Below, one piece after another: positions 46,404-55,380 of a stretch of 64,000 nt of DNA. The notes under the pieces are model-generated. The model was not told the origin of the DNA, did no database searches, and worked only from the letters and a program-made list of their open reading frames with translations. The DNA comes from a virus. Taxonomy: Duplodnaviria; Caudoviricetes. Position numbers and translations under genes: made by a program. The stretch spans positions 38,900 through 102,899 of IMG/VR virus record IMGVR_UViG_2934336660_000001; one strand, written 5' to 3'. How positions within the stretch are numbered: the stretch's first letter is position 1; the number at the start of each line of letters is the position of its first letter.

Positions 46404-47412
46404 GAGCGACCTCCTGCGGCATATCGCGGATCTGAAACTCGGTCGGAAGGTCGTTCCACTCATCGCCCTTGCCCGGGATGCCGAGTTCCTTTGCCAGCAC
46501 GGATCCGGTCTGCTTGAAAAAGAACGGCACCTGCGCCGAGATGCACTGATCCCGGAGGTTGCGGGCCCACTCTGGGGACATCAGCCGGGATTTCGGGCCG
46601 GACTCGCCCCCGACGACACACCAGTGAAGGGCCGGGAGCCCACACGCGTCGGCGTACGACGGGGGGAGGGGCGAGTGGCGCAGGTTCTCGCCGATCGGCC
46701 GCCAGTGCAGGAACTTGGTCAGGTCAACGGACCCGAGCAGCGGTTCGCAGGACAGCCACCGCACTGCGGCAGGCGTCGCGAGTAGCGCCGGGATGCGCAG
46801 GTCGGCGGTCTTCTGGTCTTCCACCGACACGCCGAGGTGCACGTTGGTTAGCGGCCAAGCAGGTAGGGCCGAGTCGGTTTGGCCAAGCAGAGCAGCCTGC
46901 CGCCGCCGATGGTAGGCGGAGACGACATGCTGGGGGGCTTGTGCGCTTGGCACCTCGCCAACGACCAGAAGGTACGCCTGGTCGAGAACGAGAACACGGA
47001 AGGCGGGTGAGTTCAGCAGGGAGCGCATCCGGCCGTGGCGCTTCGTCAAGAGCTGAAATGTGTGCTGCTCCGCGAGCGCCATGACGGCGAATACCTGCGC
47101 GATGAAGCTGTCCGGTACGTCCCTGTGGAACAAGTCGCTCTGCGAGTTGACGAAGATGCGTTGCGGCTTCCGCCAGTGCAGCGGCTGGGTCAGCCGCTCG
47201 GGCAGCAGGTTGATGCGGCCGGTCCAGTCGAGGCGGCCGTCACGCCGCTCGGTGAGCCCAGCGAACGCGGCGGCAACCTTCGGGTGCGGGTTGCCCGCCC
47301 GGATCGTGGCGGTCGAGATGGCGTAGCAGCCGTCACAGCCGGCCGAGACGCGCTCACAGCCGAGAAGTGGGTTCCACGTCTTGTCGGCCCACTCAATTGC
47401 GGTATCAGCCAT
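46396..47412 (-). CDS. Gp37/Gp68 (DUF5131) three-Cys protein
   Basis: IEW..TWNP..GC..VS.GC..CYA; FVNS.SDLFH; LTKR; LSCEPLLG; GGESG; FFKQ. Confidence 0.9.
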   Translation of the reverse strand: MADTAIEWADKTWNPLLGCERVSAGCDGCYAISTATIRAGNPHPKVAAAFAGLTERRDGRLDWTGRINLLPERLTQPLHWRKPQRIFVNSQSDLFHRDVPDSFIAQVFAVMALAEQHTFQLLTKRHGRMRSLLNSPAFRVLVLDQAYLLVVGEVPSAQAPQHVVSAYHRRRQAALLGQTDSALPAWPLTNVHLGVSVEDQKTADLRIPALLATPAAVRWLSCEPLLGSVDLTKFLHWRPIGENLRHSPLPPSYADACGLPALHWCVVGGESGPKSRLMSPEWARNLRDQCISAQVPFFFKQTGSVLAKELGIPGKGDEWNDLPTEFQIRDMPQEVAHV

Positions 47413-47534
47413 GGCTGGCCTCCTTCGGGGTGTGGTTGGGGTTGCAGTTCAGGAAGATCACGTCACCGACCTGGGTGGCCGTGTTGCCGTTCGCGTCGTA
47501 CGGCAGGACAGCGCGGTCGGGGAACACGGCAGCG

Positions 47535-47981
47535 TCAGGCACAGTCGGCCTCCACCACACGCGACCCAGCCGGACCGGCGGGCCGAACCCAAATCGTCGC
47601 CCCCGGCACCTCGCCGGGCAGGCAATGACGCTTACCGCCGGACACACGCACCACCCGCGAGTCGTCGGCCAGCACGCCGCCGTCGACCAAGGCGTCCAAC
47701 AGGTTCCGGAGGTGCTTGTCGACGTCACCCGACGACCGTGTGGCAGGCCAGGTAATCAGGCGCTTCGGGGCCGACTTCGGCACGGGCACCCGGATGTCGA
47801 ATGACACCTCCGCCGGCTCGTTAAGGGCGTCCCCGTGATGTTGTTGCCGTCCAGCCCAGGCAACGCACTGCCGCCACGTCTTCGACCCGGCGACCTGCTC
47901 GGCCATCCGGCCCCGGCCGATGTGCTTGAGGCTGCCCTTCGGCTTGGGTACGCCGACGACCTCGATGCGGATGACGGTCAC
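47535..47981 (-). CDS. rusA: RusA-family Holliday junction resolvase
   Basis: PKPKGS..DVDKHLR..DAL..DDSRVV. Confidence 0.85.
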   Translation of the reverse strand: MTVIRIEVVGVPKPKGSLKHIGRGRMAEQVAGSKTWRQCVAWAGRQQHHGDALNEPAEVSFDIRVPVPKSAPKRLITWPATRSSGDVDKHLRNLLDALVDGGVLADDSRVVRVSGGKRHCLPGEVPGATIWVRPAGPAGSRVVEADCA

Positions 47982-48292
47982 CGGCCCTCACCCGCCAGTA
48001 GCGCCTGACGCCGTGCGCTGGTGATGGCACCCATCTCCCGGATGTCGATTGCCTTCGCGCCCGCCCGGATGGCCTCATCGCGCTTGGCGTCCACCACGTC
48101 AAAGTGCCAATGGGTGCATGGCAGGCGTGAGTGGCAGGGACGCTTGCACGTCTGGAACCACTCCGGCAGCAGGCCAAGGCGGACCGCGAACTCGTTCAGC
48201 TCCTCCACCGTGTCGGCAGTCAGGTGTGACCAGCGGGCGGTGATGCGGCCCATCCGCGCCGGAATTCGAGCGTTGTCGACGTAGACGGTCAC
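47978..48292 (-). CDS. DUF4031-like protein
   Basis: VYVD..WSHL.AD..EL..FA..LG..WFQ..HFD..AI.AGA. Confidence 0.8.
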   Translation of the reverse strand: MTVYVDNARIPARMGRITARWSHLTADTVEELNEFAVRLGLLPEWFQTCKRPCHSRLPCTHWHFDVVDAKRDEAIRAGAKAIDIREMGAITSARRQALLAGEGR

Positions 48293-48762
48293 CGGGTCAC
48301 CGCCGCAGGGACCTGCCACAGCACCCGCGCGACCACGTCCTCCGGCGGCGCCCACAGGCCGAGCGCACCCCGGCACGGCACCGGACGGTCCAGCGGGCGA
48401 ACGTCAGCCAGAACCAGGTGCACAGCCCGCCCGACACGATTCGGGCCGTGGTGCCAGATCTCACCCCACGGCGCGCAGCAGTCGCCGCCCGCCGCGTAGT
48501 GAACGTCCGTCAGTGCAGCGACGGCGATGACTGCTCCCGCCCCGGGCTGCTCAGGTGCGTCGCGGTGCGGGGTGAGCAGTTCGGCCACCCGCCGGTCGGC
48601 GAACGCGTCAACGTCTGCCGTCTTGCCCTCGTGGATGAGCAGGATGCCCCGGTGGTTGGTCCCGGCACCCCGGTTCTCGACCCGCTTCGCCCCCGCGTTG
48701 GTGGAGGCAATGCAGGTGCTCCACGGCTTGCGGACGGTGATGGCCTTGATGGCGGCGGTCAT
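48289..48762 (-). CDS. ASCH-domain protein
   Basis: KAITVRKPW..I..GAKRVENR..RG.LLIH..RGALGLW. Confidence 0.8.
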   Translation of the reverse strand: MTAAIKAITVRKPWSTCIASTNAGAKRVENRGAGTNHRGILLIHEGKTADVDAFADRRVAELLTPHRDAPEQPGAGAVIAVAALTDVHYAAGGDCCAPWGEIWHHGPNRVGRAVHLVLADVRPLDRPVPCRGALGLWAPPEDVVARVLWQVPAAVTR

Positions 48763-48989
48763 CGGCCGGCCTCCCGAACGTCGAACCGCAGCACAACCTC
48801 GTCGTCCTGGGCGTACACGCGCAGCCATCCACCGTCGTTCGGGGCGGCATCCTCGGGCAGGTTGTGCACCCGCCGGTAGGTCACCAGGGCCACCGCCCAC
48901 GCCTTTTCGAACTCTTCGGCTGGGCATCCGGTGGGGACAGCCCATTCGTAGGTGCGGGTGGTGTACTCCCGCTGATCGAAGATTGCCAT
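48759..48989 (-). CDS. hypothetical protein
   Basis: Coupled ORF. Confidence 0.6.
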   Translation of the reverse strand: MAIFDQREYTTRTYEWAVPTGCPAEEFEKAWAVALVTYRRVHNLPEDAAPNDGGWLRVYAQDDEVVLRFDVREAGR

Positions 48990-49882
48990 CAGGCGTCACC
49001 ACCCCGAGTGCCCACGAACTCGACGCCCGACATCAGGTCGCCGCTGGAACCAACTAGCGTCGGCGCCCACCCGTCGGCGATGAACTTCGCCGCCACATCA
49101 CCCGGCACCCAATCCCGACCGCGCTCCGGATCCGACATCCACGACGCCAACTCATCGGCGGTCGCGAACACCGGCGACTTGGGGGAGCCTTCGCTGACCG
49201 TCTCCCACAACTGCCACCCGTCGCCGGACGGCGGTTCGGTGCGTTCCCACGCCTCGTGTGCCGCCTTGTGCTGGTCGTTGCGCCACCGGATGCCCTCCCC
49301 GCCGCACGCGCTGCACAGCACGTCAACGCCGTCCCGCTCGCACCGTGCCCGGACCACCACTGACGCGTTGATCGCGTCGTGGCCCATCGAGGCGATGTTC
49401 CACTGGTTGACCTGCTCCGGGGTTGGCATCACCGGCGGGTCGATGGGCTGCCACCCGTTCTCACGGGTCCACGTGTGGGTGAGGTCGTACAGGCGTCCGG
49501 CCTCCACCAGTGCGGCCACGTCGGCTTCGTTGACGTGGTGGGACCAGGCGCTGTTCCAGTAGTCGGCGAGCCGGCGTGCCTCACGGCGGATGACGTGCTC
49601 ACCCTGGCCGTAGTAGTCGGGGGAGCGGGTGACGTTTCGCTCGGCGAACGCCCGCACAGCGGGCGTTTCCGGGGTGAGGGGGGTGGACCCGTTGTCCTCC
49701 GGTCGGAACGGGGCGTTTCCGTACCACATCTTGTGCAGGTGCTTCGCGGCCTGCGAGTAGCCGCCACCGTCGCAGGTCCCGCACTGCTCGCCGCGAAGGT
49801 CGTCGGGCATGACGTAGCCGGTCCACACCTCACCGATCGGCGCATCGAAGTCCAGCGGCACCCGCTTGATCTCGCGGCCCAT
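48989..49882 (-). CDS. phage protein with CxxCxGxG zinc motifs
   Basis: MGREIKRVPLDFD..CGTCDGGG..CSACGGEG..GWQLWETVSEGSP.SPVF. Confidence 0.7.
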   Translation of the reverse strand: MGREIKRVPLDFDAPIGEVWTGYVMPDDLRGEQCGTCDGGGYSQAAKHLHKMWYGNAPFRPEDNGSTPLTPETPAVRAFAERNVTRSPDYYGQGEHVIRREARRLADYWNSAWSHHVNEADVAALVEAGRLYDLTHTWTRENGWQPIDPPVMPTPEQVNQWNIASMGHDAINASVVVRARCERDGVDVLCSACGGEGIRWRNDQHKAAHEAWERTEPPSGDGWQLWETVSEGSPKSPVFATADELASWMSDPERGRDWVPGDVAAKFIADGWAPTLVGSSGDLMSGVEFVGTRGGDA

Positions 49883-50319
49883 CAGCCGTTCACCGCCGTC
49901 CGGCACCCGCACGACTCGTTGTGGCACGGGTAACCCGGCGCCGGCTCATGCCCAGACACCGCGTTTAACCCGGCGGCCATCGCCAACGCCTGCGCGTACC
50001 GGGTCACCGCGGAGTCCGCGTTGTCACCTTCCCCGTCGACGTACACCTCCACCTCGAACGCCCGGTCACCGACCTTGTTGGTGCCCGGCAGTCGCAGACC
50101 GCCGTCCCGCTCTGTCGGTGCGGCCGAACCGCGGACGACGCCGATGCGAACCTCTTCCTCGTCGCCGAGGTCGGCGATCACGTCCGCGACGGACTCGTAC
50201 ACGAACCCGTCGGAGTCGGCGAGGTAGGCAACCCACGGGCCGCGCAGCATGTTCGGGTCGCTGCTCGCGATGAGACGGGCGGCCTCGAACTCGCTGATGT
50301 CACGCGTGGGGGCGCTCAT
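49882..50319 (-). CDS. hypothetical protein
   Basis: Coupled ORF. Confidence 0.6.
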   Translation of the reverse strand: MSAPTRDISEFEAARLIASSDPNMLRGPWVAYLADSDGFVYESVADVIADLGDEEEVRIGVVRGSAAPTERDGGLRLPGTNKVGDRAFEVEVYVDGEGDNADSAVTRYAQALAMAAGLNAVSGHEPAPGYPCHNESCGCRTAVNG

Positions 50320-50687
50320 GCCATCGCCCCCGCACCCTGCCTGGTGGCCTTCCGTGCGGCGGCGATGGCCTGGTTGAGGGCTTCGTTGCGGTGCGCCAAC
50401 AGGTCACGCAACTCGGCGACCCGGGCCGGGATCTCCTTATACGAGTGAACGTTGTTGGGGTCAAGGCCAAGCGCCCGGACCGTGTCACGCAGGATGGCCT
50501 CGTTGCGGGCGCGCTCGGCCAGGATCTGCTGTGCGTTCCGCAGCGCGTTCTCACCAAAAGCGGCACGCCACTGGCCCACCTCGATCCGGGCGGCGGCGCC
50601 CTCCCGTAGCAGATCCTGGATGGCGGGGGAGACAGGCAGCATCGACGGGTCGACGGTGTCGGCGGTATCCCAAACGGGGTAGGTCAT
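50316..50687 (-). CDS. coiled-coil hypothetical protein
   Basis: RBS GAGGAGG. Confidence 0.6.
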   Translation of the reverse strand: MTYPVWDTADTVDPSMLPVSPAIQDLLREGAAARIEVGQWRAAFGENALRNAQQILAERARNEAILRDTVRALGLDPNNVHSYKEIPARVAELRDLLAHRNEALNQAIAAARKATRQGAGAMA

Positions 50688-50697
50688 GGTCGCCTCC

Positions 50698-51231
50698 TCA
50701 GGCGTGGGTGTGGTCGTGGTTGGGGGAGTAAGTCGTGAAGGTGCCTACGTCGTTCAGCAGCACCCACCCGTGCACCGCGTGGTTCACGGGCACCTCGGCC
50801 GGGTCGTCCGACAGGCGGATTGCCCACCCGTTCGCGCGGGCCTCCTCGCGGTGCGACTCGACGTGCAGGTGGCAGGAAGTTGTGGCAGACCCGCACAGCA
50901 AGATCAGGTTCTGTGGTTCGTTCGCATCCGACCGAGACGTGCCGCCCATCGCCCGAGCGCGCCTGTGCTGCACCGACCAGTCCCGACCCCGCTCACCACT
51001 CACCGGGTCGCCGCACCGGGCGCAGCGACCGAAATCGCGGGCAACCACCGTCGCAACCGTGCCCCGATTCGGGCCGGTGTCAGTCGACCGCGGCTTCACC
51101 TTCCCGGCGGCGGGCTGGCTGGGCGTAAGCGCGGCGTTGGTGATCGTTGAGAAAGGGTTCCGGTTGCCCTGCTCCGCCAACTCCTGACGGCGGCGAGCCG
51201 ACATGCGCGACAACCGGGTGCGGCGCTCCAT
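50698..51231 (-). CDS. HNH-like endonuclease
   Basis: RD..CARCG..QHRR.R.MGG..N..LCG..CH..VE. Confidence 0.8.
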   Translation of the reverse strand: MERRTRLSRMSARRRQELAEQGNRNPFSTITNAALTPSQPAAGKVKPRSTDTGPNRGTVATVVARDFGRCARCGDPVSGERGRDWSVQHRRARAMGGTSRSDANEPQNLILLCGSATTSCHLHVESHREEARANGWAIRLSDDPAEVPVNHAVHGWVLLNDVGTFTTYSPNHDHTHA

Positions 51232-52319
51232 CAGTGCCCCGCCCCAGCCTTCGCCTGCTGCATCGCAACCAGAAACTTCCGCATGTCCTCAGCAGTCGCA
51301 TCCGCCGACGACCGGCCCACCAGCTTGATGAAGTTGGTCTCCAACTCGTCCTTCGAGTTCCACGGCGACTCGGCGAGGATGCTCGCCCACAGCCCGTCGA
51401 GGTCATCGACAACAGTCGGGGTGGGCTGCGCCGCCGGGGTGGCCGGCTGCGCCGGCTGGGCACCCTGGATCGTGGCCCGCTTCGTCTCCAACTGGGTCAG
51501 CAACTCCGCCGGGATCTCCCCACCGTGCGCGGCCTTCACCTGCTTCGCCACGTCGTACAAGGCGTCCACGTTCCGGGCGGCGTCGATCAGCGACCCGTAA
51601 TCGACCGTGGCGGCGATAGCGACCCGCATGTCACCGGCCACCGCAGCGTTGTTGCGGGCCGCCACCAACTCCTGAACCCGACCCGACATCAACTGCTTTG
51701 GCGTCAACTCGTCCACGTGCAGGGTCGGCACCGCGAAGTTGAACGTCTGCGGCTTCCCGTCCACCTGCCGGGTCACGGTCCGCTGATCCAGCACCAGCCG
51801 GCCGGGGATCGCGCCCTGCGCCATCGCCAGCAACTGCGCGATACCCGGCAACTCCACGGCGGCGTAGTACGAGCCCGTGTCGACCCGCCACGCACCCAAC
51901 CCGGGGATGTCTTCCAACATCACCCGGATGCGGGTGTGCATCTTGCAGTCCCGGGCCACCGGGTCGCACAAGCACGACGACTTGCTGATCTTCTCCTGCT
52001 GCCCGTCGCAACGCCGCAGGCAACCACCCGCCGACCACATCTCGTACCACTGCGACTCGCCCGGATCCTGCGGCGGAATCAGCACCGGCACCTCAGCAGC
52101 GTCGGTGATCACCTGCCACTGACCGGAGCCCTTCGGTGGCTGCCACGGCTCGACCTTCCCGCCGTACGTGGCGGCGATCTTCTCGATCAGCGCCTGGCGG
52201 GGGGAGGTGAACCGCAGCCGGTCCAGCTTCGTGGGGCGGCCACGACCGGTCCCGACCTTCACGCCGAAGCGAATCCGGCCGACTTCGGTCTGCTGCTGCT
52301 GCAAGCCAAGAATGGGCAT
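51231..52319 (-). CDS. phiC31 Gp3-like recombination protein / directionality factor
   Basis: MPI..LQ..EVGRIR.G..RP.KL..RFTS..E.WS.GGC.RRCDG..C..G.WR.DT. Confidence 0.7.
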   Translation of the reverse strand: MPILGLQQQQTEVGRIRFGVKVGTGRGRPTKLDRLRFTSPRQALIEKIAATYGGKVEPWQPPKGSGQWQVITDAAEVPVLIPPQDPGESQWYEMWSAGGCLRRCDGQQEKISKSSCLCDPVARDCKMHTRIRVMLEDIPGLGAWRVDTGSYYAAVELPGIAQLLAMAQGAIPGRLVLDQRTVTRQVDGKPQTFNFAVPTLHVDELTPKQLMSGRVQELVAARNNAAVAGDMRVAIAATVDYGSLIDAARNVDALYDVAKQVKAAHGGEIPAELLTQLETKRATIQGAQPAQPATPAAQPTPTVVDDLDGLWASILAESPWNSKDELETNFIKLVGRSSADATAEDMRKFLVAMQQAKAGAGH

Positions 52320-52323
52320 GGGC

Positions 52324-53202
52324 TTACGCCTCCTTCATGGTGACGGGGCGGGAAAGAACGGTGTTCAGGGGAGCGGCCAGGCCCTCGACGACTCGGCACA
52401 TGTGCACGAAGTACTGGAAGTTCTTGTCGGTCAGGTACGCCTCGCGCATCTGCACCCGCTCCGGGCGGATGTGCACGATCAGCCCGCCCTTCACCTCAGG
52501 CATCGGCATCTCAGTGCCGTCGGGCAGCAACACCGCGTCGGCTTTCGCGTACGCGACGACCTGCCACCCGTTGGTGAGGAAGACGTTGCGGCTCGACTTG
52601 TAGTCGCCCAGCAGCGGCAGCCCGGTCAGGTGGGCGAGGGGCTTGTCCAGGCGAGACGCCTCCGAGAACCGCACGATCTTGTCGAGGGTGCCGGCGAACC
52701 CCCACTTGCGGGAGATCACCGTCATCTCAGTCGCCAGGAACTCCGGCTTGTACCGGGCGAACCAGCGGTGCCACTGATCCACCAGCGGCTTCGCGTCGTC
52801 GTCAACGTGGACGCCCGGCCCGTGCAATACGGTTTGCTCGGCGGCGTCGTGAAGTTTCGAACCGCGCTCGCCTGCGGCGTCACGTTCGGCGTTGTGCCGG
52901 TCGGCGAGCCAGTACGCCACACAGTCGGGGCAGTTCCCGCACGCGTTGTCGGTTTTCGTGGAGTTGCACGACTGGGCGCGGGAGGCTCGGTTGAGTAGCG
53001 GCAGATTGTCGAAGGCTGCTCTCGCGGTGAGGCCGGTTGCCCAGTCGGTGATCCCGAACTTGCGGATGTAGTCCAGAACTGTGGTGACGGAGATGAACCG
53101 CTCCCCGGTGGCGGGGTGCATGTACCAGCGCTGCCCCGTCTCCGGGTTCGTCAGCGCAGTCGGCGGGCCAGGCTTGGTTAGCGGCTCGGCGGTGATCGTC
53201 AC
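52324..53202 (-). CDS. PD-(D/E)XK exonuclease (RecB/Cas4-like)
   Basis: SVTTVL..RGS.LH..E..AGTLD..GDYKS..Q..AY. Confidence 0.85.
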   Translation of the reverse strand: MTITAEPLTKPGPPTALTNPETGQRWYMHPATGERFISVTTVLDYIRKFGITDWATGLTARAAFDNLPLLNRASRAQSCNSTKTDNACGNCPDCVAYWLADRHNAERDAAGERGSKLHDAAEQTVLHGPGVHVDDDAKPLVDQWHRWFARYKPEFLATEMTVISRKWGFAGTLDKIVRFSEASRLDKPLAHLTGLPLLGDYKSSRNVFLTNGWQVVAYAKADAVLLPDGTEMPMPEVKGGLIVHIRPERVQMREAYLTDKNFQYFVHMCRVVEGLAAPLNTVLSRPVTMKEA

Positions 53203-54939
53203 GCGTCGCACCTCGCGTCGATGGCTGCGTCGTAGTCCAGGTCGTTGGTCAGGCACGCCTTGGTGGCAAAGCACGCGGCCAGCAGCGACCCCACCGGGGC
53301 ATCGCACGTCGGGCAGGTGGCCTGCTGGGTGTGGCGGGGTGCGCCCGGCCACGGCGGTGGGAACGGGTCACCCGGTTTCGGCTGCGGCCTCGGAGTGGCG
53401 ATCACAGCGGCGGTCACTGGTTCACCTCGCCGACCAGAAACCCGCACGGCGGCAGGTCGCACAGCACGCAGCCGTCCGTGTTGCGGGCACCATCCGGGTC
53501 GATCGTGCAGGTGCACAGCGGGTCGGACGTGCCGACATCGGGCAGCGACACCATCTCGGTCATCACGCCTCCCGGCCCAGATAGGCGCGGGCGGTTGCCA
53601 GCGGGTCGCGGTAGTTGCGCTCGATCCAGTCGGTGTCCACCCGGTACGGGACGGATTCGAGTTCGTCGGCCTCACGCTCCAACATGTCGGCCACGTGGGA
53701 CAGGAACAGCGGGTTCGACCACGGGTTCGGGTTGCCGGGCTTCGCGTCGGCCCGCAGCCGGGTGACGGCCTCACGCAGCAACTCCACCTCGGCGGTCATC
53801 GGCTTTCACCGCCCTGCGCGCGGCGGGGCAGAACTACCGGCAGGTTCTCGGCGGCGCACTCGGAGCACCCGGCAGCGCACACCTCAACGAAGTGGCTGCG
53901 CCGGTAGCAGGCGTGGCACAACTCCCGCTTGTGCGAAGAGCAGCATGTGCGGGCGGCTGGCGTCGACTCGCACCGCCAGCAGGCGTCACCCGCGAACTCG
54001 GCGGACATCAGCGCTCACCGCCCAGGTCGACACCCTCACGCGTGAGGTAGTGGGCGATGTGCTCGGCCGTGGCGTCGTAGGAGAAGGTCACTCGTGCGCC
54101 GCGCGGCAACTTGGCCTCGAACCGATAGTCGTGCTCAGGGAGATTCGGGAAGATGTCAGCCGCACCCTTCGCGCCGAACATCTGCCGCGCGTCTTCGGCG
54201 GCGTCGATCAGGCGCATCGGTGTCGGCATCCGCCAGTCGTCGGGGGTCGAGCCCTTCGGCGGGCTGACCTGCCCACCGCCGCAGTCCTGGCACTCGGACA
54301 CGCCCAGCGACCCGCGATCAACCGTCTGCCCCGTGCCGTTGCAGGTGGTGCACGGCGGGGCGATGGCATCCACGATCGCGTCGAGCGGTAGGTACGCCTC
54401 CAACGACACACTGCCTCGGTCGCACGCCGGATCGTCCAGCCACAGCAACTCGCCCATGGAACGCCGATGACCGCTGGGCTCGGCCGGGTTACCAACCGGC
54501 CAGAACAACGGCTCGTTCAGCGCCGGGTCTTCCGGGGTGTCCCCACCGTCGGACCGGACCCAGACCGTTTCCTTCTCCGGGATGTTCTGCCACCCACCGG
54601 AATGCTGGCTGAGCAGCAGGGTGCCGTTGGTGGGGATGTGTGCGCCGTTCGGGTCGGCGGCATTGCAGAGGTCAAGCACCCGGTGGAGGGCGGAACGCAT
54701 CTGCTCCGGGGTCATCTGGTCGATCAGGTCGAAGACGGTCACGGCTGCTCACCGACCAGCCGGACGATCGTCCTCTCAGACACGCCAGCACCGCGCAGAA
54801 GGCACGACTCGCAGCAGTGGTCACCCTCGGCCGCGCAGTAGAAGTCGCTGGAGGGGGTGCAGGTGTACTCGGCTCCGCAGCGATCGCAGATCACCTGCTT
54901 GTAGGCAAAGCTCCCGCAGTTGGCGTGGTTGTTGGGCAT
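53199..54939 (-). CDS. run of small coupled, mostly Cys-rich ORFs (53199-53417, 53563-53799, 53796-54008, 54008-54742, 54739-54939)
   Basis: Consecutive ATGA/GTGA overlaps; no recognisable family. Confidence 0.55.
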
Positions 54940-55091
54940 GCGTCATCGACTCCAAAGGTTGGAGGTGATCGTCTGGTTGGCTTGTGCGCCGTCCCGGCGG
55001 AGGCAGTCGGTGCGGGCGGGATGCCTGCGGGTGCCGTGCCGCCGGGAGGCTGGTTTGACGTTCGAGGCTTCCTGCCTCATGCTCCATCTTA

Positions 55092-55134
55092 TGTACATGA
55101 CGACGACTTGTACAGCAAAACGCGGGAGTAAAGT
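55092..55134. promoter_or_regulatory. TGTACA palindromes and -10 box
   Basis: TGTACA at 55092 and 55109; TAAAGT at 55129. Confidence 0.6.
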
Positions 55135-55141
55135 GCCCGCC

Positions 55142-55375
55142 ATGGACATCCGGGAAGAGCTTCTGATCTCCGAAGCCCGCGCCAACCTCACCGAGGTCAT
55201 CTCGCATGTCCGACTGCTGCGCTGGACCGTATTCCTCAAGAACCGGACCACGCCTGTAGCCGCCGTCGTTCCCATCGAGCTGGGGCGCCTCGTACGGCGA
55301 GCCGGGGGCGCAGACAAGGCGGCCGAGATCCTGCGTGCCCACCTCGGCCCCGAACCCGGCGACGACGACGCCTGA
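55142..55375 (+). CDS. Phd/YefM-like DNA-binding protein
   Basis: ISEARANLTEVIS.V..L.NR.TPVAAVVP. Confidence 0.75.
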   Translation: MDIREELLISEARANLTEVISHVRLLRWTVFLKNRTTPVAAVVPIELGRLVRRAGGADKAAEILRAHLGPEPGDDDA

Positions 55376-55380
55376 CGCGC

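Noticed and set aside
52324-53202. Cas4 as evidence of a CRISPR system
   Set aside because: It is a stand-alone phage PD-(D/E)XK exonuclease.
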